A stretch of 63,981 nt of DNA, the filler included, from Craspedostauros australis (lineage: Eukaryota), in the NCBI GenBank assembly GCA_030167865.1. It is 11 parts of 11 records of this genome, joined end to end, with 100 filler letters (N's around TTAATTAATTAA, not from the genome) between each part and the next. Parts side by side here need not be neighbours in the genome. Positions count along the whole stretch, not along the records: positions 1 to 21,373 come from JALAGF010001582.1; 10 more parts are not named here. The stretch is one strand, 5' to 3'. The notes below the pieces were generated by a model. The model was not told the origin of the DNA. It ran no database searches and worked only from the letters and a program-made list of their open reading frames with translations. Positions 1 to 12,655 of this stretch are shown piece after piece. Position 1 is the stretch's first letter. Each line of letters opens with the position of its first letter. The position numbers were made by a program, and so were the translations under genes.

Positions 1-287
1 CTAAGAGGAGAAAGAGGGATGTGTGTTGCGTACAACTCAGAGCACACCCATTAATCATCCTATCAACCTTTGGTCTCAACAAGTCATGCGATAACATGCA
101 AGGAGCATTCATATCAGAGCAGTCTAAACTAGAGCTCTATTCTACAGAAGAGAACCCGATTCAGTCATGTTGGTCGTCTTTCTGAGTAGGTCACGAACTA
201 GTCACGAGTACCAATGTGAAATCCGAACGTGAGTGCCACATGTGACATGAACACAGGGGTGTGAATGTGAAATGCGATAGGCCTCTA
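1..287 (-). mobile_element. Terminal part of a dispersed repeat, probably a DNA transposon end (copy A of 3)
   Basis: The reverse complement aligns closely with 45077-45364 and 51106-51392. Similarity stops at the same terminus in all copies (TAGAGG..TATCGCATTTCACATTCACACCCC). Confidence 0.8.
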
Positions 288-716
288 ATGTACGTGTGGC
301 AGAGAACATGGCAAGCGCAGCGTAGAGTAACACAGAACGTCGTACGTTGCGTTTACATCCTTTGGGTCGCAAGATGCTCCGTACAAAGCTCTCCAAGCTT
401 GTTGTGCACCAGATGCTCTGTGCGCCATCTGGGTTTCATCGATTTATGCATTTGTTGGCATTGGTACTCTGGAGTAGTATAACAATATTCATTATTGTAG
501 AGCATAACACTATTATAAGACGTAGGTATGGAAAGTTGCGAGCACGCCCACTCTCGCTCGGGTGAGGATCATTAGGCCTGCATGTGCTGTATGGTCTGAA
601 GAAAGCACTCGCTATGAATGCCAAAGGTGAACACCAATGCCAGAGAGCCCTGTTTTGGAGCTGGTCTCGGTTTCCACGAATACTCTTTCTTCGCAAATCC
701 AGTCGACGCCCTGCCT

Positions 717-2642
717 TCAGTTGTCCCCTCTCTCCCGTTGGAGGAGCGAAAGGAGCTGCTTTCGTTTTTCATCGTTATGGAACAAGCATGCAATGATGTA
801 CTGATTCCGGGCTTGCGCAGGCAATTCCAGTGCGCGCTGAGTTTCGGCGAGATCTTGGGGACGACTGGCCGTAGCTTGATCATTGCCCAACTGGTCGAGA
901 CCCGGGCTCGGTCGCTGCAGTTGTGCGCGTAGGTACTGTTGCAGTTGAAGCTGGCTCAGCAGTTGACGTTGAGATTGTGCTTGGGATTGTGCCTCCTGAG
1001 CTGCTTGCAAGTTGGCCAGAATCCCGAAATCTGTGGGCCCTGCGCTTCCCGTCCCAGCACCAGTAGTGCCAGCGTTTGGAATCGAAGCAGCTGGATGAGT
1101 TTCCCCTTCAGAAGAGGAATGGTGGAGAGGATGGTTTGCTTGGTTTGCAACCGAGCGATTGTTCGCAGATGCAGCTGCCAACATGGTATCTTGCAGTGGA
1201 GTGCTGGGAAGCGATGTTAACTGAGCTCCAAGCTGCATACGCAGTTGCAACTGCTGCCGGATCAACTCATCCAGCCTTGCGGGGCCGAGAGAGTCACCTT
1301 CTGATGAACGCGCACGGGGAGCATCTTGGGCGTTCGGAGGCACATGCTGACCTGCGAATTGATTTCTTGCCATCTCCATGACTGCTGCCGACGGGGCTGT
1401 TCTTGGTCGTGTCGATATTGGTGCATGCAGGTATCCACTCAAAGGCGCTGATGGCCGTGCAGGTAGAGCCGGAGGTGCAGCCAGGGATGCTGTTGGAGCC
1501 GAGGCGCTGAGATGTGCGATCGCAGCCAAGGCTTCCTGATTTGTGCTGTGCATATTTGTCGTGGAAGGTGGAAGTGCAACGCTGCTTGCAGCGACAAGGG
1601 CGGCGATACGGGCCAACTGAGACGATGCGGTAGTTCCAGAGATCGATGCGGCCGGAGGCAATGGTGCCGTAGGCGAGGAGAGGAATTGTCCAAGCGTAAT
1701 GGGCGTTTGATGAGCGCTTGGTAAGCTTTGTCCCGCCACATCCAAGTTGATGAGCGAACCTCCGTGACCTCTCTTCTTGCTTGGACTGTCCTGAGTATGA
1801 TGGACTGACATCGATGGGTTCTTGGCGTGGGTAGAATCGCGAGACGCTGAGCTGCTCTTCAAGATGAGCGGACTCATCTGAGATGCAATCATTGCCCCAT
1901 CAATCTTGTTGCGACCATGCTTTCTTCGTTTGGACTGGGGTGATTTTGATGAGTTGTGGACTGATGACGCTTCCGATTCATCACTGCTATTTTCGAGAAG
2001 GGAATCCGATGGGCGTTTCCCACCTGCATTGGAGCCAACGGCGGCCAATACTGGTGACGATGTGATGATCTTCGAGCCCTCCTTCTTGTAACAGATGTAC
2101 CGCAAGGCCTGCTTCACCTTCTCGATGGCAACCGCGTTGGGGGCGATTTCGTACGCAACTTCGTGCGATATCCCACGTTCCTCGAGTTGCGCCTTCGATA
2201 GCTTGCTCAGGAAACGGCCGTTCTTGTTCTTCACAGTGTCGATGGCATCTTGGACGATGGCGCTCTTGATCTTCCTGCTCGACGTAGAGATGTACTTGGG
2301 TTTGCAATCTTCGACGATGTTCCGAAACTCCACGTTTCCCTTGTTCTTGTTCGGGCCTGTGCCTCTGCCCAGCAACACGTCGTGCGGCCCTACTGATAAG
2401 ATGTAGCCCTCATCGGCGTTTGCACCAACGAGCCCGGATTGACTCGAGGGGCCTTCCGTCTCTGGTTCTCTTCGTGCACCTGAGCGCGATTGGTTCTTGA
2501 GATGCGCCGCTCGCGGATTCGTGCCCGGCACAGTGGAGCTATTGTCTCGATCCGGCAGACTCATTCGAAGCGTTGGATCTATGGGAAGAGATGACAAGGC
2601 TGCAAGCTGATGGATGGATGCTGCGTGGTGGAAGAGAAGCAT
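717..2642 (-). CDS. DUF6824-domain protein (diatom-expanded putative regulator) with a low-complexity S/A/P/Q-rich C-terminus
   Basis: 641-aa ORF with the motif DVLLGRG..N...GN..FR..V......Y.......K..I....I..V....GRFL ... EKVKQALR and a basic NLS-like KRRKHGR. The start may be the second Met at 2564. Confidence 0.85.
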   Translation of the reverse strand: MLLFHHAASIHQLAALSSLPIDPTLRMSLPDRDNSSTVPGTNPRAAHLKNQSRSGARREPETEGPSSQSGLVGANADEGYILSVGPHDVLLGRGTGPNKNKGNVEFRNIVEDCKPKYISTSSRKIKSAIVQDAIDTVKNKNGRFLSKLSKAQLEERGISHEVAYEIAPNAVAIEKVKQALRYICYKKEGSKIITSSPVLAAVGSNAGGKRPSDSLLENSSDESEASSVHNSSKSPQSKRRKHGRNKIDGAMIASQMSPLILKSSSASRDSTHAKNPSMSVHHTQDSPSKKRGHGGSLINLDVAGQSLPSAHQTPITLGQFLSSPTAPLPPAASISGTTASSQLARIAALVAASSVALPPSTTNMHSTNQEALAAIAHLSASAPTASLAAPPALPARPSAPLSGYLHAPISTRPRTAPSAAVMEMARNQFAGQHVPPNAQDAPRARSSEGDSLGPARLDELIRQQLQLRMQLGAQLTSLPSTPLQDTMLAAASANNRSVANQANHPLHHSSSEGETHPAASIPNAGTTGAGTGSAGPTDFGILANLQAAQEAQSQAQSQRQLLSQLQLQQYLRAQLQRPSPGLDQLGNDQATASRPQDLAETQRALELPAQARNQYIIACLFHNDEKRKQLLSLLQRERGDN

Positions 2643-5600
2643 TGATGATTTGGTGAGTTGTCTTGTCTTGTCTTTATCTGAGTCTTCGTGGTTCCTGTCG
2701 GTTTACATGTGGCAGAGACGTATTGGTGGTGGATGAATGGATGGATGTGTGAGCAAGTACGGAGATGGATGAGAAACTCAAGGATGGACAGGTAACGGTG
2801 TTCATGCAAGAAGTACCATGTGTGGATGCATGTCAGTATGACAGAAACATTGCGATGTGCAACTCTCTTGGTATGATTTGGCGGCTACGGCAGGTATTGT
2901 CCTGCACGGGTGCTTGTCGTGGATGATGCTCCATGCAGGAACGCATTCCGCACATCCCCCCTCGACAAACCCGTTCCCTGAACTCACTCTGTGTACTCTC
3001 TTGCTGTCGATCTCTCTTGGCCAAGAAAGTGTCAGTTTGCTCAGAGAGTCTGTTGACCTTTGGATGTCTCTGCACTCTGCTCAATCACGCTGTTCTCGTT
3101 TCCTTGGTGGGCAGCGTCTTGTATTGCTTGCGTTGAGAGGGTTGGGCAGTGGCGATGATGGCGACGGTGGCGAGAGTGTGTTTTTTTCGGTTGCGCTGTG
3201 CTTCTCTTGTGAAACTCTTCTGTTCTGTTTTATGGGGATGAGGGGAGTCGGCCTTGGCCGGAGCACATGCATGAGGCATCCAAGTTCAGTGCCGCTCTCT
3301 GCGAGTATTTGCCAGAGAGAGAGAGAAGAGTCGGCCCAGAGGCGTATGGGTGTGCTCCTTTCAACCAAACGAGAAAATGAAAGGCAAAAAGAACGCATGC
3401 GAACAGTTTGTCGCTGCGACTCTTGCACCGCTGCGGAAAGCGTTTCTTGACATGACTTCGACTAATCCACTCAATGATGACGTGGCGGGGTTGCGCGTCA
3501 GCACAAAGAACAAAACAAGAACTGCGAACAACAAACTTGCGTTGCGTGAGCGTTTGTGTCTGGATGATGGAACTGTCGCAATTCGCCCTGCGCAACCTCA
3601 CGGCCGGTTCCATCAGAGGGGGGATCTTCGATCACTTCGTGGCTGGTCGCCTGGAGAGCATGAAATATCATATCGCTCAAGTGCAGCAAATGAGCCAAGG
3701 ATCTCCATTGAGTCCACCAGGTTGGTATCTGTGATATAAATGCAAGCAGGATCCCAGCGACACTGGGACCAGCACCGCATAGCATACCCATACTCGTACC
3801 ATGCGATTCCACCTGAACGATAGATGATGTTCGTTTCGTCACAGTGGGAATACCGGTGGGATTGGGGGCCACCAAGATGTCCACGACAGTGCCACGAGCT
3901 ACTCCACGCTGAGTGGCATTGGAGGAGATTCTTTGCACCACCAGATCAGCCATTGCGTCTACTCGTCGTCTCGTACATATGGACGAGTGTATCAGTCCGC
4001 ATTAATACGCAGCGTCCTTCATCATACAGAACTGACAATGGGATTGCAGCGAGGTGAGGATATGTCAAACAACCACCGTAGAAGCACTCCTCGCGACTCC
4101 ATGCAATCAGCTGCTCTTCACCCTTGAGTTGCTGTCTCTGTCTCTCTCCAGATTTGACCGGCTCGGGAGCAGAGATTGTCACCTTCGCACCATCCAGATA
4201 GCGCTCCAATGTTGCGAGCGTGGAATAACGATCCAGATACCATCGATGTCTGCGCGAGAACGGAACACCCTCCCGACATATAGTCGTACTACTCTGCACT
4301 ATCACCTGCAAAGTGGAAAGCATCGACGCTTGGCGCAGGAACCTGAGTCCCTTCAACAGAGGGATCAGACACTCTCATAGACCACAGCGAAGACAAACAG
4401 CATGACTTTTCGTGTCTTCGAGGCATTGGGAAGGCAGACGCAATGTTCTTCACAGCATCGCCTTTGTGGTGCGAGTTTTTGGAATAGTATCACGCTCTCA
4501 TCGTTTTCATCGACGGATTCCGCGTTCTCTTTGCATGTGCCCCCCTTGTTCCATGCTTGTTCCATCCTTGTTCCGTGATCCTTGATTAAGTACTATATGT
4601 ACTGGTAGTCGTGCGGTTTGTCGGAACGGCGGTATGACGTGGACATGTAGAGCTGTTTGTTGGTGGTGTTTCACGTCACACAATCATCTCGAATCGACGA
4701 AGGATGGAACCGGACCAGTGAAGAGGCCCAATAAATGTCTGATAGCGTTCCACGCTCTCAGGTTCGTGTTCAGGTCTCGTTCCACATCCGGTACAGAAAT
4801 GTCGCGTTCCGAGTTCTGGTGGGGAACGGAACAGCTAAAGGTACCCATAGATAAGAAAGATAGTTGACTAGGGTTCTCTGCGGACATAGAAGCGTCCTTG
4901 TGTTCGTGGATGTGATGCGCTTCATGTGTGCTGTCCTTGCCTGGCGACCTGGTGGTTCATTACGTACGCAAACAACACACTTAAATTTCTACGCGAATCG
5001 GAGGAGAAAATGAAATCTGTCCACAGTGTGGCAAGCACACATCATGCGCATACGTATTCTTGTTCGAGGAGATACCGTAGCTTCACCTCGTCGATGCAAT
5101 TACAGATACACGCGAGCCACTGTGTATCGGAAACAATACTCTGCAAGTCTCAACGAACAGTTTCCGACTTGTCGTGGGCTTAGTTGTTTTGTCACTAGTG
5201 TTGCGCTTTCCAGTCTTCATGTTCTAACATGACACAATGTAAGGTGGAGGTGCGAGTGGGACCTTTTGCGCTGTCCACGAGTATTCTGCATCCCACACAG
5301 TCTCCTTGCTGGTCTTTCCTGAATGACGATTCCGTATCTTGGCTTGATCCACCTGCCGACCTTCACTTTGTGCCCTTGGCCTTCAATCGTGAAATCTTGG
5401 TTGAGATTGTTGTCGCAGTCTCCATCGATGATAATTCACCATCCTCCAAGGTTGCAAGAACCAGCAACGGCGATAGAGGATCGTGCCCAAGTGTCCACAC
5501 AGATGCGTTGGATGCAACGAGTCCACGTCAGTTTCGTATGGTACCACACGCAGGCCATGAGGAAGTACCGGTACTAGTATGGTGGTAGCTGTATCTAACC

Positions 5601-6178
5601 TTCGTTGGCTTTCGTTCGCGAACATGACCACCTCTCCCACGTCACGGCGTCAACCTCGCCGAGTGATCGGGTTGGTCGCTGGCTTGTGCGAATGTTGGGT
5701 TTGATGGATTTGATGAATTCCACCGCATCTCCAGCATCAACCCGTTCTCCTTCCCCCATATCGTCGGGAAGTAGCGACGACGAGCCAGCTGTAGGACCGC
5801 GGCCATTGCCCTATGAGCGGATCTTTGTACCGAATGGATCTTCTTGTGCAGAGCCACTCCTGCGTAGGTAGGTTCATCCAGAGGGTGATGAGAAGTGGCA
5901 ACTAAAATTTCACTTGGTAGAAAAGGTACGATGTGGGGATCTACTCTTTGGGGCAATGAAAACGCCAGGTGGGATCAGGCGATCGTGCCTCAACGACGGA
6001 GCCGGAGATGGCTGAGTGCACAAATTGAGTTTGCTTGGCAAGTGTTCACATAATGAACGGTCTTGCCATGTTGACACCGTGGTCAACATCTGGAGGCGCA
6101 AAAACTAACCAATCTGACGTCAAACCACAGCCCACCACCAGCACCACCACCACCACCAATCAACAGCCCACGCCCACG

Positions 6179-8412
6179 ATGAGCTTGAGCGGGAATCATG
6201 AGTACCGAGACTTCATGGAAAAGTTGGCCGAGGCCAACGTCGGCGAGTACATCGACCTCCCCATGATCGCCGTCATGGGTGATACCAGCAGTGGTAAGTC
6301 CAGTCTTCTGTCGATGATCTCCACCGTCGAGCTGCCAAGCTCAGACAAGTTGACGACGCGTTGCCCAACCTTGTTGGACATGACTAAGAGCACGGAGAAG
6401 CGAGCCGAGGTGAGCATCCAGTGGAAGGACGGGACCAAGGGCAAGCATTTCAACCCGATCGAAATAGGTGCGTCGAATTGGGATCAGCTGACTGAATCGA
6501 TCAGAAAGGCCCAGGAATTCATCATCAAGGCGACCGGAAAGGAAGTCTCTCGCAACGTCGTTCGTGTGAAGATGTTCGGGCCTGAATGTGAAGATCTCAG
6601 CCTCGTCGATCTTCCAGGAATCGTTCGCTCGCGCGGAAAGGGAGAAAGCGAGTCTCTGTCCACTGAGATCCAAGCCCTCATGGAAGAGTACCTCCAAAAC
6701 TCGAGGTGCGTTGTTCTCGCCGTGCATCCGTGCAACGTCGATTTCCACAACTCACAGATCATGAACGAAGCCCGCAAGGTGGACCCAAACACCGAGAGGA
6801 CAATTCCGGTGCTGACGAAGCCGGATTTGATCGACGACGGCGCGGAGGGCGAGGTCAAGCAGCTCCTTCTTGGGCTCAAGACTGACGAGTTCATCCAAGG
6901 CTTCCACATGGTCAAGGGCCGCGGACAGAAGGCTCTGAACGAGAACGTGTCGATCAGCGCAGCGCTGGACCAAGAGGAGAAGTTCTTCGCATCCACCAAA
7001 CCATGGAGCGACTTCCGCAGGATGGACTACTTCGGCACCAAGAGCCTCCGCGTGAAGCTCGGCGAATTGCAGATGAACACCATTCGTCAGGAATTTCCGA
7101 AGATCGAAGATGAGATCCGGAAGAAGCGCGAGAAGGCGGCCGAGCAGCTCAAACTCCTTGGGGCCATGCCCAACAGCTCTGGCGAGAGACGATCCACGTT
7201 CTCCAGCCTTAAGGACTACGTCATCGGCCGCATTGAGAATATGTTGGTCGGCGGCAACATCGACATCGAAGGCAGCGACGATACCAAAGAGACCGTCGCA
7301 TCAGAGTTCCTCCGAGAATCCGCGGAGCTGAAGGCCAAGCTTGGTACTACACGATTGGCTTCGGTCACTGCAATGGACGTCGGGCAGCGCGTGAAGTACA
7401 AGTCCGGCGGAAACGAAGCCACAGGTGTGATCGAACGATTCCCTTATGAATCTACTGCGACAGTGACAGATGACAAGACGGGAACAGGTAAGAAAGGAGA
7501 GATGATGCATTTGGCATATGCAGCCAATGCAGACGAAAGAGAGCAAGACGCGGGACGGCGGGAACACGCAAGCTTCCATCGTCGCCACACCCGCGTGTAA
7601 AACCCCCAAATCAGCTTTTGTGTGCCGTCCACTCACACCATCTCTGCACGTACCTTCGTATTACACCAGTCGTCAATGTCAACGTGGACACTTTGGAGCT
7701 CAACTCCGCATGGCTCCAGGAATTGTGCGCGAAGAACCGCGGTCTCGAGCTCCCTATCTTCCCGAGCTACACCCTGTTCCACACGATCGTGCTCAGGCTC
7801 ATGAGAGAGGAATGGATCGCTCCGTGCGACGACCTCGCGATGAAGACATACGGCCTGATCAACGGCCGCGTCAAGCGGCTGCTGTCTCGTTCCCACAAGC
7901 TCCAGGCATTCCCTCGTTTGCGCACCTTCCTGACGAGCACCGCCACCGCCACGTGCGCGGAATTCTTGGATGATTCACGCCGTCGCATCAAGGAGAACTT
8001 CGAAAAGGAAGAGAGCGTGTACACACAGAATGAAAAGCTCGCTGAACGCAACAACGGATCCAATCCTCAGGAAGAGGAGGTCGATGCCGCGAAAATCAAC
8101 GCCTCCGCCCTCGCCACCCCAACTCCACCAAAGAAGGAGGCTGATCGTGATCTCGCTGTAGAGGAGATGATCTCCGCCCTCGATGCGTACGGAAAGATCG
8201 CCTACGATCGCGTGTCGGACGACGTCCCAGCCATCTGCATGCGAATGCTGCGCAATTACCACACCAAGCTGAACGAGCGCCTTCAGGCCGTGACGGATGA
8301 AGATCTGAACGAGCACATGCTCGTGCCGGACTCGGTGAGAGACAAGTACGACAACTGCAAGAAGGAGTATGAGACCTTGGACCAGAGCCTCATGATCCTC
8401 AAATCCAGTTAG
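6179..8412 (+). CDS. Mx-like dynamin-family GTPase (exons 6179-7487 and 7670-8412)
   Basis: G1 LPMIAVMGDTSSGKSS, G2 TRCP, G3 DLPG, G4 TKPD, stalk motif RGLELPIF, and a C-terminal GED-like region. A GT-AG intron at 7488-7669 (GTAAGA...ACTCAC...CACCAG) joins the two ORFs in frame (G|TC = Val). Confidence 0.9.
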
Positions 8413-8637
8413 ATCGCTGTGGTGTTTGGGAACGATGTGCTCAAGACTCCGTGAGTCCGTTACGTTGCTTTCCATCCATCCATTGTCCCAACCCATATCA
8501 GGGTATCAATTAAAGTAGAGAGAAATCTCAGGTTTGCATCAAGAATCGAAGATGGTGGGGCCCATACTCGTATGGTATGATGTCCACACAGTACGTACTG
8601 TTGGAGTCGTTTGGTGTTGGCGAAACCTTGCCTCGGT

Positions 8638-10785
8638 CTACTCTTGGCTGTCGATGGAGACCTTACGCTGTTTGTTCTGCCGAAGCCTCGCCTCACGCAC
8701 GGCCAGCAGCTGCTTGCCCAGGACGTGCTCCAGTCCATCCAACTGCGCCGACGATAAGTTAGTCGCCATGATGTCCGTTGTTTTGAGCAGATCGTGAACG
8801 TCAAGGCACAGCGCATCCAAGGCATCGAGCAACAGCTCCTGCTCGTTGACTTGTCGCGGTGCAGGCGAAGATGCCGGTGTCATGTCCGTGGGTGGTGGAT
8901 CGAATACTGCTGCTGGTATGCAGGATGGTACAAGGGGAGTGAGATCTTCTTCGTCTGCCTCCTCCATGCTTCCAAACGATGTGACGGCCTGCTTCGTTGA
9001 TTCGTTTGGATGCTTGTTGGTCGGTGATGATGGCATGTCGTGTTCATCTGGTGATGCCGCAGCTGGTGCTTGGGGTGATGATGGGTCATTTTGCGCGCCA
9101 AGGTTGCGTGAGTCTGTGCTCTCTACTGCTTCCGTTCTATGTGCATCATCTTGAGAAGCACCGTTAGGTTTGGCGCTCCCGTTGGATTCAACATGTTGCT
9201 CCACACCAGCTGGATCAGCAGCCTTGCCTCCTCCTGCATCGTTTGTGCCGCTCCCTTGGTCGGTTGCGCCCGCATCTCCGTTGTCTGTGTCGCCGCTTGC
9301 AACCGACTTGGCCTGCGCGCCATCGCCATCCATCTGCGGCGGCGCCGTATTGGTGGAAGTGCTGCGTTTCTTGCGATTCTGCTTCTTCTTCTTTTTCGAC
9401 GATGGATGCGGCGAGGTGCCTTCCTCCTGTTCCAATTCGCGCAGGAGACGATTCATCTGCTCGTCGGCATGCTGCTGGGCGTACTCACGCAGAACACGAT
9501 GCGCCATCTGCATGCCATCGAATTTGCGCTTGGCGTTCTGCGATTCCGGCGTCGCGCTGAGGCTGGCCACGTAAACGCTGGCCTTCGATAGATACTCTTG
9601 GCACGTGGTGCAATCGTCGGCCGTAGCGTGGATTCCGTACATGTCGGGTCGCTGCAGGAGGTACTCCACGAGCTGCGCGTGGCCGTGGCCGTACGCCAAG
9701 GACAGGAGGGTGTCGCCGGAATGGTTGGAATGCTGCAGGAGGTACTGGAACTGTTGGAGCAGCCGCTGCTGCGGAACGAGGAGATCCTCGAAGTTGGGAC
9801 GCGTGTGGAAGGAAAGGCCCGTCGATGACGAGTCGGGCGATGCCTTGGAGACGGAGGAGACCCTGACGATGGAGTTGTAGATGTGCTCCAAGCAGGATTC
9901 CACCCACACAAGATGGCCCATGCGCGCTGCCATGAGGATGGGCGTATCACCATGGTTGTTGACGCAGGAGATGAGACGAAATGCTCGGCTGGAGGGGCTC
10001 GCGCTGCCGTAGTCGAACTTGTGCAGCAGCTCGATGAGATAGGGGACGAGTTGCGGGTTGCCATCTGATGCCGCGTGGTGCAACGCCGAGTTCTCGTGCG
10101 AGTCGTGATCGAGCGGTTTGCAAGGGTCACCCCAAAGCTCCTTGAAGTCCTTCCTGTCGCGGTCGTAGTCGTACTTGGGGGCTTGGCGAGCGGCCTGCTT
10201 CTGCCCGTTCGCCTTAGGGGTTGGTTTTCTCTTGGCGTTGTTTTTGGCATTGGCAGGGCTGCCATCATCCGCAGATGAAGAAGAAGTGGACAAGGGCAAC
10301 GAATAGTTCTTGACAGCGTAATGCAGCAGATTGACCTGTCCCTTGTCGCACAGAATGAGGATGGGAGTGATGGAAGAGCCCAGCTTCTCCTTGATCCCGC
10401 AGGAAGTGGCGGAGAAGTTGTGATCCGTCGTCTTGCGAAGCGGAACGAAGATGGGATCGAAGGCCTGCTTGACCTTGAAGAGAGGCGCGTTGGGTTCCAG
10501 CGAGGCCATCACCCTCAGCACTTCCTCCTGCTTCCAATGGTACGACGAGTCATCTGGTCGATCTGCCGTTGGTGTTGGCGATGTTGCCGGAGGTGGCGAT
10601 GTTGCAGAGGATGATGGCTGCGAAGATGCCTGTTGCCGTGGTGCGTCCGCTTGCGGCTGCGACTGTGACTGCGATGGTGCATCTCCTGCATCTCCTGCAT
10701 CCACGATTGGCTGCCCCCATGCAGACTTTGCCTGTGATTTTGCCTGTGATTGCGATGCTATCTTCGATTTCGTTGGCGATGACAT
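8638..10785 (-). CDS. Ankyrin-repeat protein with low-complexity termini and a KKKKK basic stretch
   Basis: 715-aa ORF with ankyrin motifs ENSALHHAASDG, GDTPILMAARMGH and GDTLLSLAYGHGH. Confidence 0.85.
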   Translation of the reverse strand: MSSPTKSKIASQSQAKSQAKSAWGQPIVDAGDAGDAPSQSQSQPQADAPRQQASSQPSSSATSPPPATSPTPTADRPDDSSYHWKQEEVLRVMASLEPNAPLFKVKQAFDPIFVPLRKTTDHNFSATSCGIKEKLGSSITPILILCDKGQVNLLHYAVKNYSLPLSTSSSSADDGSPANAKNNAKRKPTPKANGQKQAARQAPKYDYDRDRKDFKELWGDPCKPLDHDSHENSALHHAASDGNPQLVPYLIELLHKFDYGSASPSSRAFRLISCVNNHGDTPILMAARMGHLVWVESCLEHIYNSIVRVSSVSKASPDSSSTGLSFHTRPNFEDLLVPQQRLLQQFQYLLQHSNHSGDTLLSLAYGHGHAQLVEYLLQRPDMYGIHATADDCTTCQEYLSKASVYVASLSATPESQNAKRKFDGMQMAHRVLREYAQQHADEQMNRLLRELEQEEGTSPHPSSKKKKKQNRKKRSTSTNTAPPQMDGDGAQAKSVASGDTDNGDAGATDQGSGTNDAGGGKAADPAGVEQHVESNGSAKPNGASQDDAHRTEAVESTDSRNLGAQNDPSSPQAPAAASPDEHDMPSSPTNKHPNESTKQAVTSFGSMEEADEEDLTPLVPSCIPAAVFDPPPTDMTPASSPAPRQVNEQELLLDALDALCLDVHDLLKTTDIMATNLSSAQLDGLEHVLGKQLLAVREARLRQNKQRKVSIDSQE

Positions 10786-11429
10786 GCTTGGACCATCGTT
10801 TGTGGGAACGACAGCGGCACGATCACGATTACAAACACGATCACGATCAGAAGGAAGAGAGTGCTTCGATTGATGCGACGAGTATGAAGATGCCGACCGT
10901 GACGATGCCTGTGGAGGTAATGTACGAGGATTGATGCAGTCTCAATCTCTCCGTTCTTACGTTATTGTGTGCTCGTGTTCGCACTACCACCAAAACCACA
11001 GAGGGGAGTTCGCCAACAACACACGCACACAAAGATCGCATCTGTCACGCCGCAATTCACGCAATCGCGATCGTCTCTTCGTTTGGTTTTGTTCGCCTTT
11101 TGTGTCCAAACACATCTTTGAGTGGATCGAATGAGTCATAGAATGATCATCAAAACTAGAGATGGTCCATCTTCCTTCGAATTCGAATTCGTTCTCGGCG
11201 AGGTATCTTTGGATCTCCGAAGACGCCGACGCGCACATCATCCACAGAGAAACAGAGAGAGAGGAACGCAACACATGATGGGAAGCAATCGATGATCATC
11301 GTTGCTGGTCATTGTCATACCAACGACAAGCACAGCATCATCGATAGCGCGCGGATCAAACTCGTACTCATAATCATCACTCGTGCACTGCACTGCACCA
11401 ACCCCACCAATCTAAATCCACAAAGCACC

Positions 11430-12449
11430 ATGGGAAGACTGATCGAAGGCAAATGGGTGACCCAGGATCTGGGAAGCGACGCGAACGGTCGCTACGTGCG
11501 TCAGATGACGCAGTTCCGCAACACCATCCCATCGCCAGAGTATCCTGCCGCGGTGCCGGGCCAGAATCGATACCGCCTCATCGTCTCGCACGCCTGCGGA
11601 TGGTCCCACCGCTGCATGATCGTGCGGGCCCTCGTGCCGTGCGTGGAACAGACCGTCCCGATGCTCTTCGTCGATGCCTTCATGGGAGAGGACGGATGGA
11701 CGTTCGGCAACAACACGCACGTGCTCGAGGCCAAGGATCTCTTCGCGTCCGATCATGCCAAGCATACCGATGACTCCATCCGCATCAAGGCCATGCACCA
11801 GCTCTACGCGTTGGGCAAGTCCGACTACACCGGCCGTGCGTCCGTCCCGGTCCTGTGGGACACATTCACGGGAACCATCGTGAGCAACGAGAGTTCCGTC
11901 ATCATTCGCATGTTCTGCGATCCCAAATTCATTGCCCAGGATGACGTTGCAGCACAGCCCATCGATCTCATTCCATCCGAGTTGGAGGCCGCCATCGAGG
12001 AGATGGTGCAGGCCAACTACAACCCCATCAACAACGGCGTGTACCGTTGCGGCTTTGCGAGCAGCCAGGAGGCCTACGACGAAGCCGTCACCAGCGTCTT
12101 TGCTCGTCTGCAGGAGCTGGAAGAGCTGCTCGGCAAGCAGCGGTACCTGATGGGCAACGACCGCATCACCTTGGCTGACATCTGCCTCTTCCCCACGCTG
12201 TACCGTTTCGATGAGGTCTACCACAACCACTTCAAATGCAACAAGAAGCACCTGTACGAGTACCCGAATCTGTGGGCCTACACGAGGGAGCTGTACCAGC
12301 AAGGCACCGTGAAGGAATCATGTCGCATGGACATCATCAAGGAGCATTACTACACCAGCCACGAATCTATCCATCCGCGTCGGTACATCCCGGTGGGTCC
12401 GGATGTCGATTGGGAGGAGCCGCATGGACGCGATGCACAGAAGTGGTAG
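11430..12449 (+). CDS. Glutathionyl-hydroquinone reductase (Xi/omega-like GST, YqjG/ECM4 family)
   Basis: Motifs MGRLIEGKW, YRLIVSHACGWSHR, YTGRASVPVLWD..T.TIVSNESSVI, INNGVYRCGFA..QEAY, TLYRFDEVY..HFKCN and IKEHYY.SH. The likely start is the ATG at 11430. Confidence 0.93.
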   Translation: MGRLIEGKWVTQDLGSDANGRYVRQMTQFRNTIPSPEYPAAVPGQNRYRLIVSHACGWSHRCMIVRALVPCVEQTVPMLFVDAFMGEDGWTFGNNTHVLEAKDLFASDHAKHTDDSIRIKAMHQLYALGKSDYTGRASVPVLWDTFTGTIVSNESSVIIRMFCDPKFIAQDDVAAQPIDLIPSELEAAIEEMVQANYNPINNGVYRCGFASSQEAYDEAVTSVFARLQELEELLGKQRYLMGNDRITLADICLFPTLYRFDEVYHNHFKCNKKHLYEYPNLWAYTRELYQQGTVKESCRMDIIKEHYYTSHESIHPRRYIPVGPDVDWEEPHGRDAQKW

Positions 12450-12655
12450 AGTAGATGATGTGACGATGTGAAGACGTGACGAACGAACACGCGGCTGTCG
12501 GAGTACAAGGGTTGTACTGGAGTACGATGAAACAAATAGCATGAAAATAATATGGAACGATTGCTACGAGTACACATACCCATGGTACTCTCGTCGAACC
12601 AGTTTGCTCGTTGCCGTGCCGCCCCGTGGACGCCCCCACTCCTTGCTCAACATCA

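Noticed and set aside
2800..5960. Numerous 60-200 aa ORFs between the DUF6824 and dynamin genes
   Set aside because: None has a recognisable motif or consistent codon bias, so I treated the region as intergenic or decayed sequence.
7488..7669. Frameshift or split gene in the dynamin
   Set aside because: A canonical GT-AG intron that restores the frame explains it fully.
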